This document shows, one piece after another, positions 40,732-50,751 of a DNA stretch of 64,000 nucleotides. The notes below the pieces were generated by a model, which was given only the letters and a program-made list of their open reading frames with translations, was not told the DNA's origin and did no database searches. Numbering within the stretch: the first letter of the stretch is position 1; each line of letters starts with the position of its first letter. This DNA is from Opitutales bacterium (lineage in GTDB: Bacteria; Verrucomicrobiota; Verrucomicrobiia; Opitutales; PNEW01), in contig CBDANS010000007.1 in assembly GCA_965197745.1 (NCBI GenBank), positions 1,696,001 to 1,760,000 on the forward strand. The letters run 5' to 3'. Made by a program: the position numbers and the translations under genes.

Positions 40732-42833
40732 TCATTCATCATTTGTAGAAAATGATTGGAATGGGGGCCCTTGTTCTACGGCTCTCAAGGCACGAAATGA
40801 AACGATTAAGCTTGAGCTGACCATGATCAGTGCTGCTGCTACCGGATGAAGGATGCCCAAAGCAGCTAGAGTAACGGCAATTATATTATAGCTGGCCGCA
40901 AAAACGAGGTTGCCCTTAATGCTTCGGCATACACGGCGACATAATTTAATGGCCTGTGGCAATAGCGACAGATCATCACCAATGAGCACTGCCGATGCCG
41001 AAGATCGCGTGAGCGCTGCCCCACCTCCCATCGCGATAGAGACCGGGCAGTGGGACATCGCTGGAGCGTCATTGATTCCGTCTCCCACGTATAAGACGTT
41101 TAGATTATGCGCCAGCGATTTTTCCACGCGCGCCGATTTTTCTTCAGGGGTAAGACCCTATTCAATTTTTACTCCGGCAATATCCTTCCATCGGGGTGCA
41201 GAGTCACCGGTAAGAATGCATGTTTCCAGACCCAGGGAATGTAATCGGTTGATGGTCTCAACGGTGGTGGCACGCAGCTGCTCATCCAGAATGGCGATAG
41301 CTGCTGCTTCGCCATTCACGGCAATATATATATATATTTCTTGGCCTCCTGACTTTTCCTCTCTTTGAGCAGTCTATTAAATTGGCACTGTGTATCCACA
41401 GGCATGAAAGAGAGGGAACCCATTTCGCATTTAAAGGATATCCCATTTCCAACCTCCACCACAGCCTCTACCCCTTTACCCGCAACGACATCAAGATGAG
41501 ATAATTCAAAGTCGCTCTTCTCATCTACGAATTCTTCGCGCTGAAATACTTTGGCCACGGGATGAGAAAGCTCATTTTCGATCACCTGCACCATTGATTT
41601 CAACCAGGTGCGGCGGTGCTCAAAATTTTCAGCTGCGATAAAATCAATAAGAGTCATGCAATCTTCGCTTAAAGTGCCGGTTTTATCGAAATATATCAGA
41701 TCCGTTTTCGCTAGTTGATCGATAAAATTTCCTGTTCTGGAGACGAGACCGCTTTCGGCAAGTTTCATCAGTCCTCCCCATATGGCGATTGGTGTGGCAA
41801 GACCGATAGCGCAGGGACAAGCGACAAGGAGCACTGCCATGCTATTGAATAAAGCTTCCCACCAGACGACATAAGGGAGGGCTAACCAAATGATAAATGT
41901 TGCCGCCGACAGGGATACGACGAGGGGTAGAAACCAACGCATCAGCCTATCCGCATTTTCCTGAATTCTTGAGGAATGTGCGCCCGCCCCCTCGACTGTT
42001 GAGAGGATTGTGTCGAGTTTTCGCTCCCCGAGAATAGCGCTTGGCTTAATTGTAAAATGGCCATCGACGGAGTAAGTCCCGACTAAAACGGAATCGCCCG
42101 ATCTTCGCACAACGGGTGTTGGTTCACCGGTCATTGAGGTTTCGCGGACATAACCCGTCCCTGCGACAACACGTCCATCAACCGTAATCGGCTCTCCCTC
42201 GCGAACGGATATACGAGAATTAATTGGAGATAGTAATGAAACCGGCACACGTCGGCGTTCGCCACTATCTGTAAGAACCCAGGCCCAACTAAATTCTTCG
42301 CGCAATTGTTCTACCGCGCGTAAAGCCTTTGTTCGTGACCTCGAACTGATTAATTTACTCAGGGTATAGATGGCGAGGAGGATAGCTACTACTTCATAAT
42401 AAACGCTGCCTTGACCTGCAATCGAAGCTATCAGTGACCCGATAAAGGCGCCACTTATACTGAGCAGAAATAAGGCATCAATCGTAATTCTTTTTTGTCG
42501 AATTGATCTGTAGGTCTCTCCTATAAGAGCCGGTCCCAGGAGGAGGAAAACGATGAGAGAAGATAAAATCAGACCCCCGTGTAATAGCAGATAAGTTATA
42601 CTCCCATACTCAGGTGCTGGATCTGCCGTATTCAACCCGAGACCAAAGACCATACCTTGCCCCGCTAAAACGAGAGCAACCCCTAACTTCAACCATAAAT
42701 TTTCATGCTTACTGCTATCTGGATGAGTTAAAGATTCAAAACCACCGTGGCAGCATTGCCCGATTTCGGTGTCCAGTGAAGGGGTTTCCACTGCCGTATC
42801 CGGGGAGGGAGTTATATGTGTCAGCAAGCTCAA
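40732..42833 (-). pseudogene. Cu-type P1B ATPase (CcoI/FixI/CopA-like), disrupted by a frameshift and an in-frame TAG
   Basis: TGEP, CPC, DKTGT and HP in 41316-42833; TGD, GDGINDAP, YN and MxxSS in a second frame; shift at (AT)7 41324-41337; TAG at 41158-41160. Confidence 0.88.
41324..41337. repeat. (AT)7 dinucleotide tract at the ATPase frameshift
   Basis: ATATATATATATAT; removing one unit restores the frame to KKYIYIAVNGEAAA. Confidence 0.85.
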
Positions 42834-42876
42834 TTCCTATAGTAAGGAGGCACGAGAATCTTCCTTCAGGGCGTTG

Positions 42877-43929
42877 TCATCCATAGCTCAATTTAGCTTT
42901 TGTCAGCGTCAGATCGCGATTGAGATTACGAAAGGGTTTAATTTTTAAATGCTGCAAGACGCCATGGTAGGCCTTTACCGCTTCTTCCGGTGTTACTTCT
43001 CCATCGACAATGCGTTTGAGCATTTCGATAAAGGTTAAGGGATGCTCTGAGAGATTTATTTTCCGACCGAATAAAGCGACACGCGCTCCATGTTTTTGCG
43101 CGTCATGGATGAGTTTAAAAGCATCGTATGTTGTTCCCGCGCCCCCTCCAAGGATGCCCACAATAATATTGGGATCATAGGCAACCAGTTCCTCCAACGC
43201 TCCGGGACCATGATAGGGGATTTTAAGAAAAAGAGGACGCCCTTTCTCCGTAACCCCGGCCAGGCATCGTATAATGTGATCATTGAGAAAAGCGTATATT
43301 TTTTTCGGTGTGATACCGGGATCAACGTTAGGATTAAACACCTCCAGAAAATAGCGGAACTTCTTTTGTTCTGCCTCGAGACGGAAATCATAAAAATCCT
43401 GAAGGGAGCGGTAATCCCAATCCAAATTGTTTGTAAAAGTGACAGAATAGAGGCCGAGGTCGCTTCCGAGAACAGGTTCATCGTGATTGCTGTCGAGGCG
43501 GCCATATTTGATATGCTCGATCGTGGCGGAACGAAAGGAACGGGAGGGCACTTGGGGATAGGTGCCCCCACGAATCACCCAGATATCAGAAGTATCATTG
43601 GCGCGTGCCGCCGGTGTGATGGAGGAATCTTTAAATAGATTTTCTTCGATCGCCAATTTCTCAATATTAGAAGCAGAGAGTAACATAATATCGATGATAC
43701 CCTGACGGATTACATCGCGAATTTGTTGGCGATAATCTTCTAATGTTTTCCAACATCCCACCGATTCAGAATATGCATGCTTGCATGCGCCTAATTCCGG
43801 ACCCGGAGCGGCAATACCAAAAGCCATGTCTGCATCTTTAGCATCGGCAATGATGAAGTCCTTCGCCCCGGAAGGATTTTCTTTGATTCGCGCTAACTTC
43901 TGGTCCAGTGATTTCACGGTATTACTCAT
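42877..43929 (-). CDS. Uncharacterised class I aldolase-like TIM-barrel protein
   Basis: FLEVF, FLKIPY (candidate Schiff-base Lys), ILGG and FGRKI patterns resemble DeoC/LacD/DhnA-type aldolases. Confidence 0.6.
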   Translation of the reverse strand: MSNTVKSLDQKLARIKENPSGAKDFIIADAKDADMAFGIAAPGPELGACKHAYSESVGCWKTLEDYRQQIRDVIRQGIIDIMLLSASNIEKLAIEENLFKDSSITPAARANDTSDIWVIRGGTYPQVPSRSFRSATIEHIKYGRLDSNHDEPVLGSDLGLYSVTFTNNLDWDYRSLQDFYDFRLEAEQKKFRYFLEVFNPNVDPGITPKKIYAFLNDHIIRCLAGVTEKGRPLFLKIPYHGPGALEELVAYDPNIIVGILGGGAGTTYDAFKLIHDAQKHGARVALFGRKINLSEHPLTFIEMLKRIVDGEVTPEEAVKAYHGVLQHLKIKPFRNLNRDLTLTKAKLSYG

Positions 43930-44167
43930 TTACACTTACTCATAATAGAGAATTTAGCATCTTTATAAAAATGGATATTTTTCAACATTAAATAACTTTA
44001 TATTTTCTATTTAAGCTTCGTTTACAGCTATATCTGGATTGAAAATAAATACAGCTTAAAGTGAATAGGGTGCAATGCGACTGGAATATTTAAAGCTTGT
44101 CAGCTCATATGCATTTGGCTGAATTGAGTTCAATTGCTGAGCGTAATTTTTACCGAATATACCGATT

Positions 44168-46732
44168 ATACGAAAAAAAATAATACTTTTATTTTGGCTT
44201 ACGGTTATCAGCAATTTAGTATTATCTGCTGCTGATCTTGAGTTAAGAAGCTCAGAGAATGAAGTCCTGGAATGGACCGATGTAGGCGAATTGCCGGGAC
44301 TGGTCGTTAAGACCGGGGTTTTTTCTGGAGAGAGTAATGGGGCACTTATTCTTGCGGGAGGAATCGATGAAGGGATAATTCATTCAAGTATTGCGGTACT
44401 CGAAAAAAAAGGAGATGCCCAGTACCATCTGCATTCTGGTTTTGAGTTGGACAATCCTTTGGCCTTTGGAGCCGCAGTATCTTTCGAAGAAGGGCTTCTC
44501 TGTATAGGAGGACGCGATAACCAACAGTCCTATGCTGAGGTATTTCTTTTAATTTGGGATCCGATTAATAAAAAGATTGAAAAGAAAGTTTTCCCAAACC
44601 TTCCTGAACGCAGATCCTATTCGGCAGCAGCTATTATTGATGGTGTTGTTTTCGTTGCGGGGGGGATAGATACACTGAAAAATCCTCAAACATCAAAAAA
44701 TTTCTGGTCACTGGATCTTTCGTCACCTGACAAGCAATGGAAAGTTTTAGAAACTTGGCCTGGGCCCGGTCGCATGCATGCGGTGGCAATGGTACAGCAT
44801 GACGGATTTTACAACATTTTTCACCTCACGAGTGGTTTAGAGATTAGGGCTGAAGGAAGTGAACCTTCAGTTATAAAAGAATTGATTGATGGTTACCGTT
44901 ACAATCCGAATGCAGATGTAAATTCGCGGTGGGATAAAATCACTGATCTGCCCTGGCCAATCTTTGGCGCTAAGGCTAATGGGGTAGGGCAATCCCACAT
45001 ATTCCTGTATGGTGGCTATGATGGCGACAGAGATCTTTTTCTAAAGGCTCTATCCCCAAAAATTAATAGCTTTCGCTCGGCAATATTAGCCTACCATACT
45101 TTTACCAATACCTGGGTTAAGATGGGTGAATTGCCGACTGATATTTCAGCGGCCGAAGTAATATTGGGAAAAAAAGACATATTTTTAATGGGAACCACTG
45201 ACTCGACGGGAAAGTTTTATGAGGGGAGGCCGGTATTAAAGAAAAGTCGTTTTGGTGCTGTCGACTATTCATTGCTCATCGCCTATCTCCTGGCTCTGGT
45301 GGTTTTGGGGATTTACTTTTCTAAACGGGAAAAGACAACCCAAGACTACTTCCTGGGAGGTCGGCGCGTGCCCTGGTGGGCGGTTGGGTTGAGTATAATT
45401 GGGACGGGGTTAAGTGCTGCTACCTATATCAGTACGCCGGCTAAAGTCTATGCGACGGATTGGGCCTACTTTCTCCTTCGGTTGCCTTTACCGATAGTCG
45501 TTATTGTCCAGATGTATCTTCTCCTTCCGTTTTTTCGGCGGCTTTTTGTCACCACCACTTATGAATATTTAGAAATGCGATTTAATGCGCTCGTGAGATT
45601 GTTTGGCAGCCTCACTTTTATTATCATGCAACTCGGCCGTATGGGAATCGTCCTTTACCTGCCTGCGATTGCCCTTTCCGCAGCTACGGGTCTCAATGTT
45701 TATTTCTGTATCTTTTCGATGGGAGCCCTATGTACCGTTTATACCGTGTTGGGGGGTATTGAAGCGGTCATCTGGACCGACGTTTTGCAGGTCATTGTTT
45801 TCTACACGGGGGCCTTTGTTATCCTTGCCATCGCTATATTCAGCCTTGATGGCGGGATTCCTCAATTCATAGAAATCTGCAGCACACAAAATAATTTTAA
45901 TTGGTTAAACAAGGGTTGGGATGTACGCACATCATCATTATTTATTATTATTGTCGCGAGTTTTTCCTCGATTATTATCCCCAATGCTGGAGACCAGGTT
46001 GAGGTACAACGGTGGTTGACAACAAAAGATGAAAAATCCGCGCGTCGAGCGTTGGCCATCGGAGCGATAATATCTCTTCCTGCATCTTTCATTTTTTTCT
46101 ATATTGGTTCTTCGATTTTTGCATTCTACTATAATCGTCCGGAAGAGCTGAATCCGGTTCTTATGACTGATGGCATAATTCCCTGGTTTGTCGTTCAAAA
46201 TTTGCCGCTTGGAATTTCCGGCTTTGTCATTGCCGCAATCTTTTCCGCGTCGATGTCGAGCATGGACAGCAGTATGAACAGCCTTGCTACGAGTATCGTT
46301 GTAGACTGCCGGCGTTTTAAGAAATCTATAACCGACCACCAGGGATTGAATTTAGCACGCTGGTTGACCGTCCTCTTTGGTCTATTTGGAACGGTAATGG
46401 CATTAATTTTCGCGACCGCTGACATCCCCTCATTGATCGATCTGATGAGTATTTATAATGGTCTATTCAGTGGTTCACTGGTCGGAGTATTTTGGCTCGG
46501 AATGTTTACAAATCGTGCTAATGGAATTGGAACTTTCATTGGAATTGTTGCCAGCGCGATTGCCATTTTTTATACACAAAGATTTACTCCACTGCATTTT
46601 TTTGTGTATGGATCGGTCAGTTCGGGTACTTGTATCATAGTGGGATACGTGGCGAGTGTAGTAACAGGAGGAAATAAAGACTTACCTGAAGGGTTTACGA
46701 TATTTACGCTCCCTAAAGAAATTAAGGATTGA
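44168..46732 (+). CDS. Sodium:solute symporter fused to an N-terminal Kelch beta-propeller (NanM-like); start uncertain
   Basis: GG-containing Kelch repeats; DYFLGGRRVPWWA, GGIEAVIWTD, SASMSSMDSSMNS; frame open from 44147 with a signal peptide upstream of the first TTG (44291). Confidence 0.88.
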   Translation: MRKKIILLFWLTVISNLVLSAADLELRSSENEVLEWTDVGELPGLVVKTGVFSGESNGALILAGGIDEGIIHSSIAVLEKKGDAQYHLHSGFELDNPLAFGAAVSFEEGLLCIGGRDNQQSYAEVFLLIWDPINKKIEKKVFPNLPERRSYSAAAIIDGVVFVAGGIDTLKNPQTSKNFWSLDLSSPDKQWKVLETWPGPGRMHAVAMVQHDGFYNIFHLTSGLEIRAEGSEPSVIKELIDGYRYNPNADVNSRWDKITDLPWPIFGAKANGVGQSHIFLYGGYDGDRDLFLKALSPKINSFRSAILAYHTFTNTWVKMGELPTDISAAEVILGKKDIFLMGTTDSTGKFYEGRPVLKKSRFGAVDYSLLIAYLLALVVLGIYFSKREKTTQDYFLGGRRVPWWAVGLSIIGTGLSAATYISTPAKVYATDWAYFLLRLPLPIVVIVQMYLLLPFFRRLFVTTTYEYLEMRFNALVRLFGSLTFIIMQLGRMGIVLYLPAIALSAATGLNVYFCIFSMGALCTVYTVLGGIEAVIWTDVLQVIVFYTGAFVILAIAIFSLDGGIPQFIEICSTQNNFNWLNKGWDVRTSSLFIIIVASFSSIIIPNAGDQVEVQRWLTTKDEKSARRALAIGAIISLPASFIFFYIGSSIFAFYYNRPEELNPVLMTDGIIPWFVVQNLPLGISGFVIAAIFSASMSSMDSSMNSLATSIVVDCRRFKKSITDHQGLNLARWLTVLFGLFGTVMALIFATADIPSLIDLMSIYNGLFSGSLVGVFWLGMFTNRANGIGTFIGIVASAIAIFYTQRFTPLHFFVYGSVSSGTCIIVGYVASVVTGGNKDLPEGFTIFTLPKEIKD

Positions 46733-46742
46733 AATAATTATC

Positions 46743-47579
46743 ATGATGAAAGGCATGATATTTATTTTCGTCACTTTCCCTATTTTGCTCTCTTCGCTAA
46801 AAAGCGAAGAGGTCATAGAGAGGTTGGCAACACGGGTTTATAAGGCTCATGTGAATAATAAGCCGTTACCTGTTTTTTCAACTATGATGCCGGAATTAAC
46901 GGTTTTATCGGCCTACGAAGTTCAAGTAAGCTATGTGAAGAAAAGGCTTTTAAGCGATGAAATAACAGGATTCAAAGCAGGGCTTACAAATGAGAGGTCG
47001 CAGAATCGATTTAGGGTTACGATGCCGGTCTCAGGGGTTCTTTTTGCATCCGGGCTGAGGGATGCTAAAATAAGTATTGATCGTCAGCACAGCAACCAGC
47101 TTATGATTGAAACTGAGATTGGATTTGTCGTGGGGAAAGCTATCGAAAAACAGCTCCCTGATATTTCAAAATTGAAAAAAAGAATTCGCGCGATTGCAGG
47201 AGCGATTGAATTGCCGGACCTGGGATTTGAAGACATGAGCAAACTTCAGGGAGTCGACATAATTACCGGCAATGTCTCTGCCTATGCCTACATATTGGGT
47301 AAAGCTAAAGACCGAAATAAAATTAATCTTTCGGATGTATCACTCCTGCTCTCGAGAGAGGGTGAGATTATAAATAGTGGCAGCGGGAGCGACCTCCTCG
47401 GGGATCCCTGGGAGGCGGCCTTGTGGCTCGTCAATAATATAGTGTCTCAGGGATGGTCAATTCAACCCGGTCATATCTTATTAGCGGGCGCGATGGGAAA
47501 GATGCTGCTGGCGAAGCCGGGAAATTACGTTGCTGATTTCGGTGAATTAGGTCGAATCACCTTTACTATTAGCAAGTAA
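46743..47579 (+). CDS. 2-keto-4-pentenoate hydratase-like (FAH superfamily) protein with N-terminal signal-like segment
   Basis: AYEVQ, GFKAGLT, IETEIGF, AIELPD, GDPWEAALWL, PGHILLAG. Confidence 0.82.
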   Translation: MMKGMIFIFVTFPILLSSLKSEEVIERLATRVYKAHVNNKPLPVFSTMMPELTVLSAYEVQVSYVKKRLLSDEITGFKAGLTNERSQNRFRVTMPVSGVLFASGLRDAKISIDRQHSNQLMIETEIGFVVGKAIEKQLPDISKLKKRIRAIAGAIELPDLGFEDMSKLQGVDIITGNVSAYAYILGKAKDRNKINLSDVSLLLSREGEIINSGSGSDLLGDPWEAALWLVNNIVSQGWSIQPGHILLAGAMGKMLLAKPGNYVADFGELGRITFTISK

Positions 47580-47584
47580 GTTTT

Positions 47585-48322
47585 CTATAGCGGTCGGCTG
47601 AGCCGATTTTTATACTTGATAGAAATTTCTTCGTTGTATTTTCGTGCCCCGGGGAGATTTGCGCTTTTGTAGATAGGCAAAGGATGATTATTATCGGTTA
47701 GATATTGAATAATTTCCATAGCCAGAAGATTTAGAAGCAGGGCGCCAGTCATCGTTGAGGTGGGTCCAACTCTATCCTCTTGACCAGGAATTTCAATCGC
47801 GGCATCACCCACGACTCCACCGTTATCCAGAACGTAAGCAGCAATTTCAAAGAGCCTTTTACCCAATGGATGTTCAGCCTGAGTCTGGCGTGACATTTCA
47901 ATGCTCGTAACGGCGACAACAGTCAGGCCAAATTTTTTACATTCCAAAGCAACTTCCAGGGGAACAGGATTTTTTCCTGAATTAGAAATGACAATAACGA
48001 CTTCGTTTTTTCTCAATTCAAAAGTATAGTGATGCCGTTGAACCAGTTTAGTGCCATAACCCGGGATGGTTTCTACCCATCCACCGGTGGGGTCAATAAT
48101 AGCACTAACAGGAATCAGACCACCTGCGCGATGAATAATTTCCTGGGCGATAATACTTGAATGGCCGCTGCCAAAGGTATGAAGAATACCCCCCGCAGCA
48201 ATGGACTTGCCAATTACCGCGCCCAATTCCGTTAAGGAGTCACGATTCCTTTCGAATACACTGGCTGAAATTTCACTTATGTGTTTGTAGTAATTTTCCG
48301 CTAAATTCATATACTGTATCAT
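47585..48322 (-). CDS. Sugar isomerase (SIS) domain protein
   Basis: FGSGHS, RAGGL, ISNSGKN, VLDNGG..GDA, GPTST, KSAN. Confidence 0.88.
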   Translation of the reverse strand: MIQYMNLAENYYKHISEISASVFERNRDSLTELGAVIGKSIAAGGILHTFGSGHSSIIAQEIIHRAGGLIPVSAIIDPTGGWVETIPGYGTKLVQRHHYTFELRKNEVVIVISNSGKNPVPLEVALECKKFGLTVVAVTSIEMSRQTQAEHPLGKRLFEIAAYVLDNGGVVGDAAIEIPGQEDRVGPTSTMTGALLLNLLAMEIIQYLTDNNHPLPIYKSANLPGARKYNEEISIKYKNRLSRPL

Positions 48323-48456
48323 CGAGAGGGAGGAATTCTAAATTATTAAAAATAACCCGCTCTTAATTTGGCAATGTTTTTTAAGAAATCAATAAATGAG
48401 GATAGACAAATCTGTAAAAGATTGACGGCATAAGAGGTGATATAATTCTAAAAAAA

Positions 48457-49377
48457 ATGACCGATACTGCTGTTAGCTTGAAAAATGTTACTAAGGCTTT
48501 TGGTCCACACACCGCTGTAAATAATCTTAGTCTGGATGTCCCCACAGGGTCGATATACGGTTTTATTGGCCCCAATGGTTCCGGCAAGACGACAACTATT
48601 CGTATGATACTGCATATCATTTATGCGGATAGTGGAATCATTGAGGTCTTAGGACGTCAAGAGACGAGGGCAGCTAATGACCATATCGGATATCTTCCAG
48701 AAGAACGCGGGCTTTATAAAAAACTGACACTTCGTCGTCAACTTGCTTATTGCGCTCGTCTGAAGGGGATGCCCGGTCCAAGTATAAATAAATCTATAAA
48801 CAGGTGGCTGGATCGGATGAATCTATCGGACTGGAGTGATAAAAGAATCGAAGTTCTTTCGAAAGGAATGATGCAAAAAGCTCAATTCATATCGACCGCT
48901 ATCAGCAGGCCGAAATTGCTGATATTGGATGAACCGTTTGCCGGTCTCGATCCTGTTAATCTTGAAATCATACGAGAAGCTATTTTGGAACTTCGAGAAA
49001 AAGATACCACCGTCATTCTATCAACCCATGATATGGCATTAGCGGAAAAATTATGTGATTTCATATTTATGATTTACCATGGAGAAAAAGTTTTAGATGG
49101 GAGTTTGACCTCAATTCAAAAAACTTACCGTAAGAATACTGTCCATTTGCGATACCGGGGCGCCACTGATGTAAATCTGCCAAATCTTCCGGGAGTTACG
49201 GCGGTGCATAAGCATAGGCAGTATCATGAGATACATACTGACAGCGATCCGCAGATTATCCTCGAAACCGTAAGCAAACACGGACAGGTCGAGCTTTTTG
49301 AAATCGCCCGACCCTCATTGCAAGATATATTTATGGAGATCGCTAAACCGGATAAAGGGGGTGGTCCCGATGATTAA
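48457..49377 (+). CDS. ABC transporter ATP-binding protein (NatA-like exporter)
   Basis: GPNGSGKTT, GYLPEERGLY, LSKGMMQK, LDEPFAGLDP. Confidence 0.92.
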   Translation: MTDTAVSLKNVTKAFGPHTAVNNLSLDVPTGSIYGFIGPNGSGKTTTIRMILHIIYADSGIIEVLGRQETRAANDHIGYLPEERGLYKKLTLRRQLAYCARLKGMPGPSINKSINRWLDRMNLSDWSDKRIEVLSKGMMQKAQFISTAISRPKLLILDEPFAGLDPVNLEIIREAILELREKDTTVILSTHDMALAEKLCDFIFMIYHGEKVLDGSLTSIQKTYRKNTVHLRYRGATDVNLPNLPGVTAVHKHRQYHEIHTDSDPQIILETVSKHGQVELFEIARPSLQDIFMEIAKPDKGGGPDD

Positions 49378-50691
49378 ATTACTCTTTGTGGCCTGGAATG
49401 ACTACCGCCAAACGGTGGTATCCAAAACATTTATCATCAGCATTATATTAATGCCCGTCCTTTTCAGCGGCATGGTGGTAGTCAATTTATTTTCTCAGAA
49501 AAATATCGATCTAAAAGATAAGCGCATTGCGATCGTCGACCGGACCGATGTTTTGTACGAAAAGATATCAGAAGAAGCGGAAAGGCAAATCGCTATGATA
49601 TTTTTAAAGGTGATACCGGCGACCGCAAACAGGTGAACCCAAAGATACTTGTCGAACGATTCAAGAGTATTAATTTTAATGAAGATAATCTGATCATCCA
49701 TTTGTCAGACCGTGTTCGCGAGGGTTCGCTCTTTGCGTTTCTTATTATCGATAAAAAAGTAATCGGTAATAATGAAAATGAGAGGGATGAGACAAAAATA
49801 CATTACTACACCGATTCGCCAACGATTGTGGAAATTCCTGAGTGGTTTAGTGAAGAGATTAATGAACAAGTGGAAATGATGCGATTCGAGGAAGCAGGAA
49901 TCGATAAAAGATTCATTAATAAATTGATGCGTCCCATCGAGATGGAGCGATTAGGACTGGCCATGGTTTCTGACACAGGGGCCTTGATTGAGGCTGAAAA
50001 GGAAGACCCTTTAAAGACTTTTGGCATCCCGTTTGTCGTTATGATGCTGCTTTTCGTGACCGTTAATATGAGCGCTCCCATGATGTTGAATACGGTGATG
50101 GAAGAAAAAATGCAAAAGATAGCGGAGGTGTTAGTGGCATCTATATCGCCTTTCCATCTGATGATGGGCAAACTGCTGGCTGCGACTTTGGTAGGATTGA
50201 CTTTTTCATTCGTCTATCTTGGCGGCTTATTCGCGATGCTCGTTTTATATACTGCATCCGACATGGTGCCGCTTTCGCTTTATTTATGGTTTTTTCTCTT
50301 TCTCCTCCTCGGTCTCCTGAGTTTTGGATCTATCTGGGCGGGGATTGGCGCGGCCTGTTCAGAATTGAAAGACACCCAGAACTTCACTGGACTTGCCGTG
50401 ATGATGATTCTCATCCCGATCGTATTGTCACCTGCTATAATTCAATCCCCGAACAGCACCTTTTCGGTGATTGTTTCTCTTTTCCCCCCATTTACGCCTA
50501 TGCTCATGCTTATGCGATTAGCCATTCCACCGGGACCTGCTTCCTGGGAGGTTGGACTGGGCTTGATTTTATGTATCAGTTTTACGCTTCTCTGCGTGTG
50601 GGCGGGAGGAAAAATATTCAGGATTGGAATTCTTTCTCAGGGCCAGTCGCCCAGCACCCGAGTTCTTTTGCGCTGGATTTTCTCACGTTAA
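49370..50691 (+). pseudogene. ABC-2 permease (NatB-like), frameshifted near 49587
   Basis: N-terminal part MIKLLFVAWNDYRQTV..IAIVDRT (49370-49636) and C-terminal part with EEK..KIAEVL and MMGKLL lie in different frames; adding one base gives AERQNRYDIF. Confidence 0.82.
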
Positions 50692-50751
50692 CTTATTGCC
50701 TTATCAAAGAGAAAATCAGAGATTGAAGAAGTCATACACGTATGAGTCAAA

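Noticed and set aside
41158..41160. TAG read-through (pyrrolysine or recoded genetic code)
   Set aside because: TAG ends ordinary genes here (4142, 25664, 56318), no pyl genes are present, and the same gene has a separate frameshift
43056..43638. Long alternative-frame and antisense ORFs (171 and 182 aa), and similar shadow ORFs across the window
   Set aside because: Fully nested in well-supported genes and lacking family motifs
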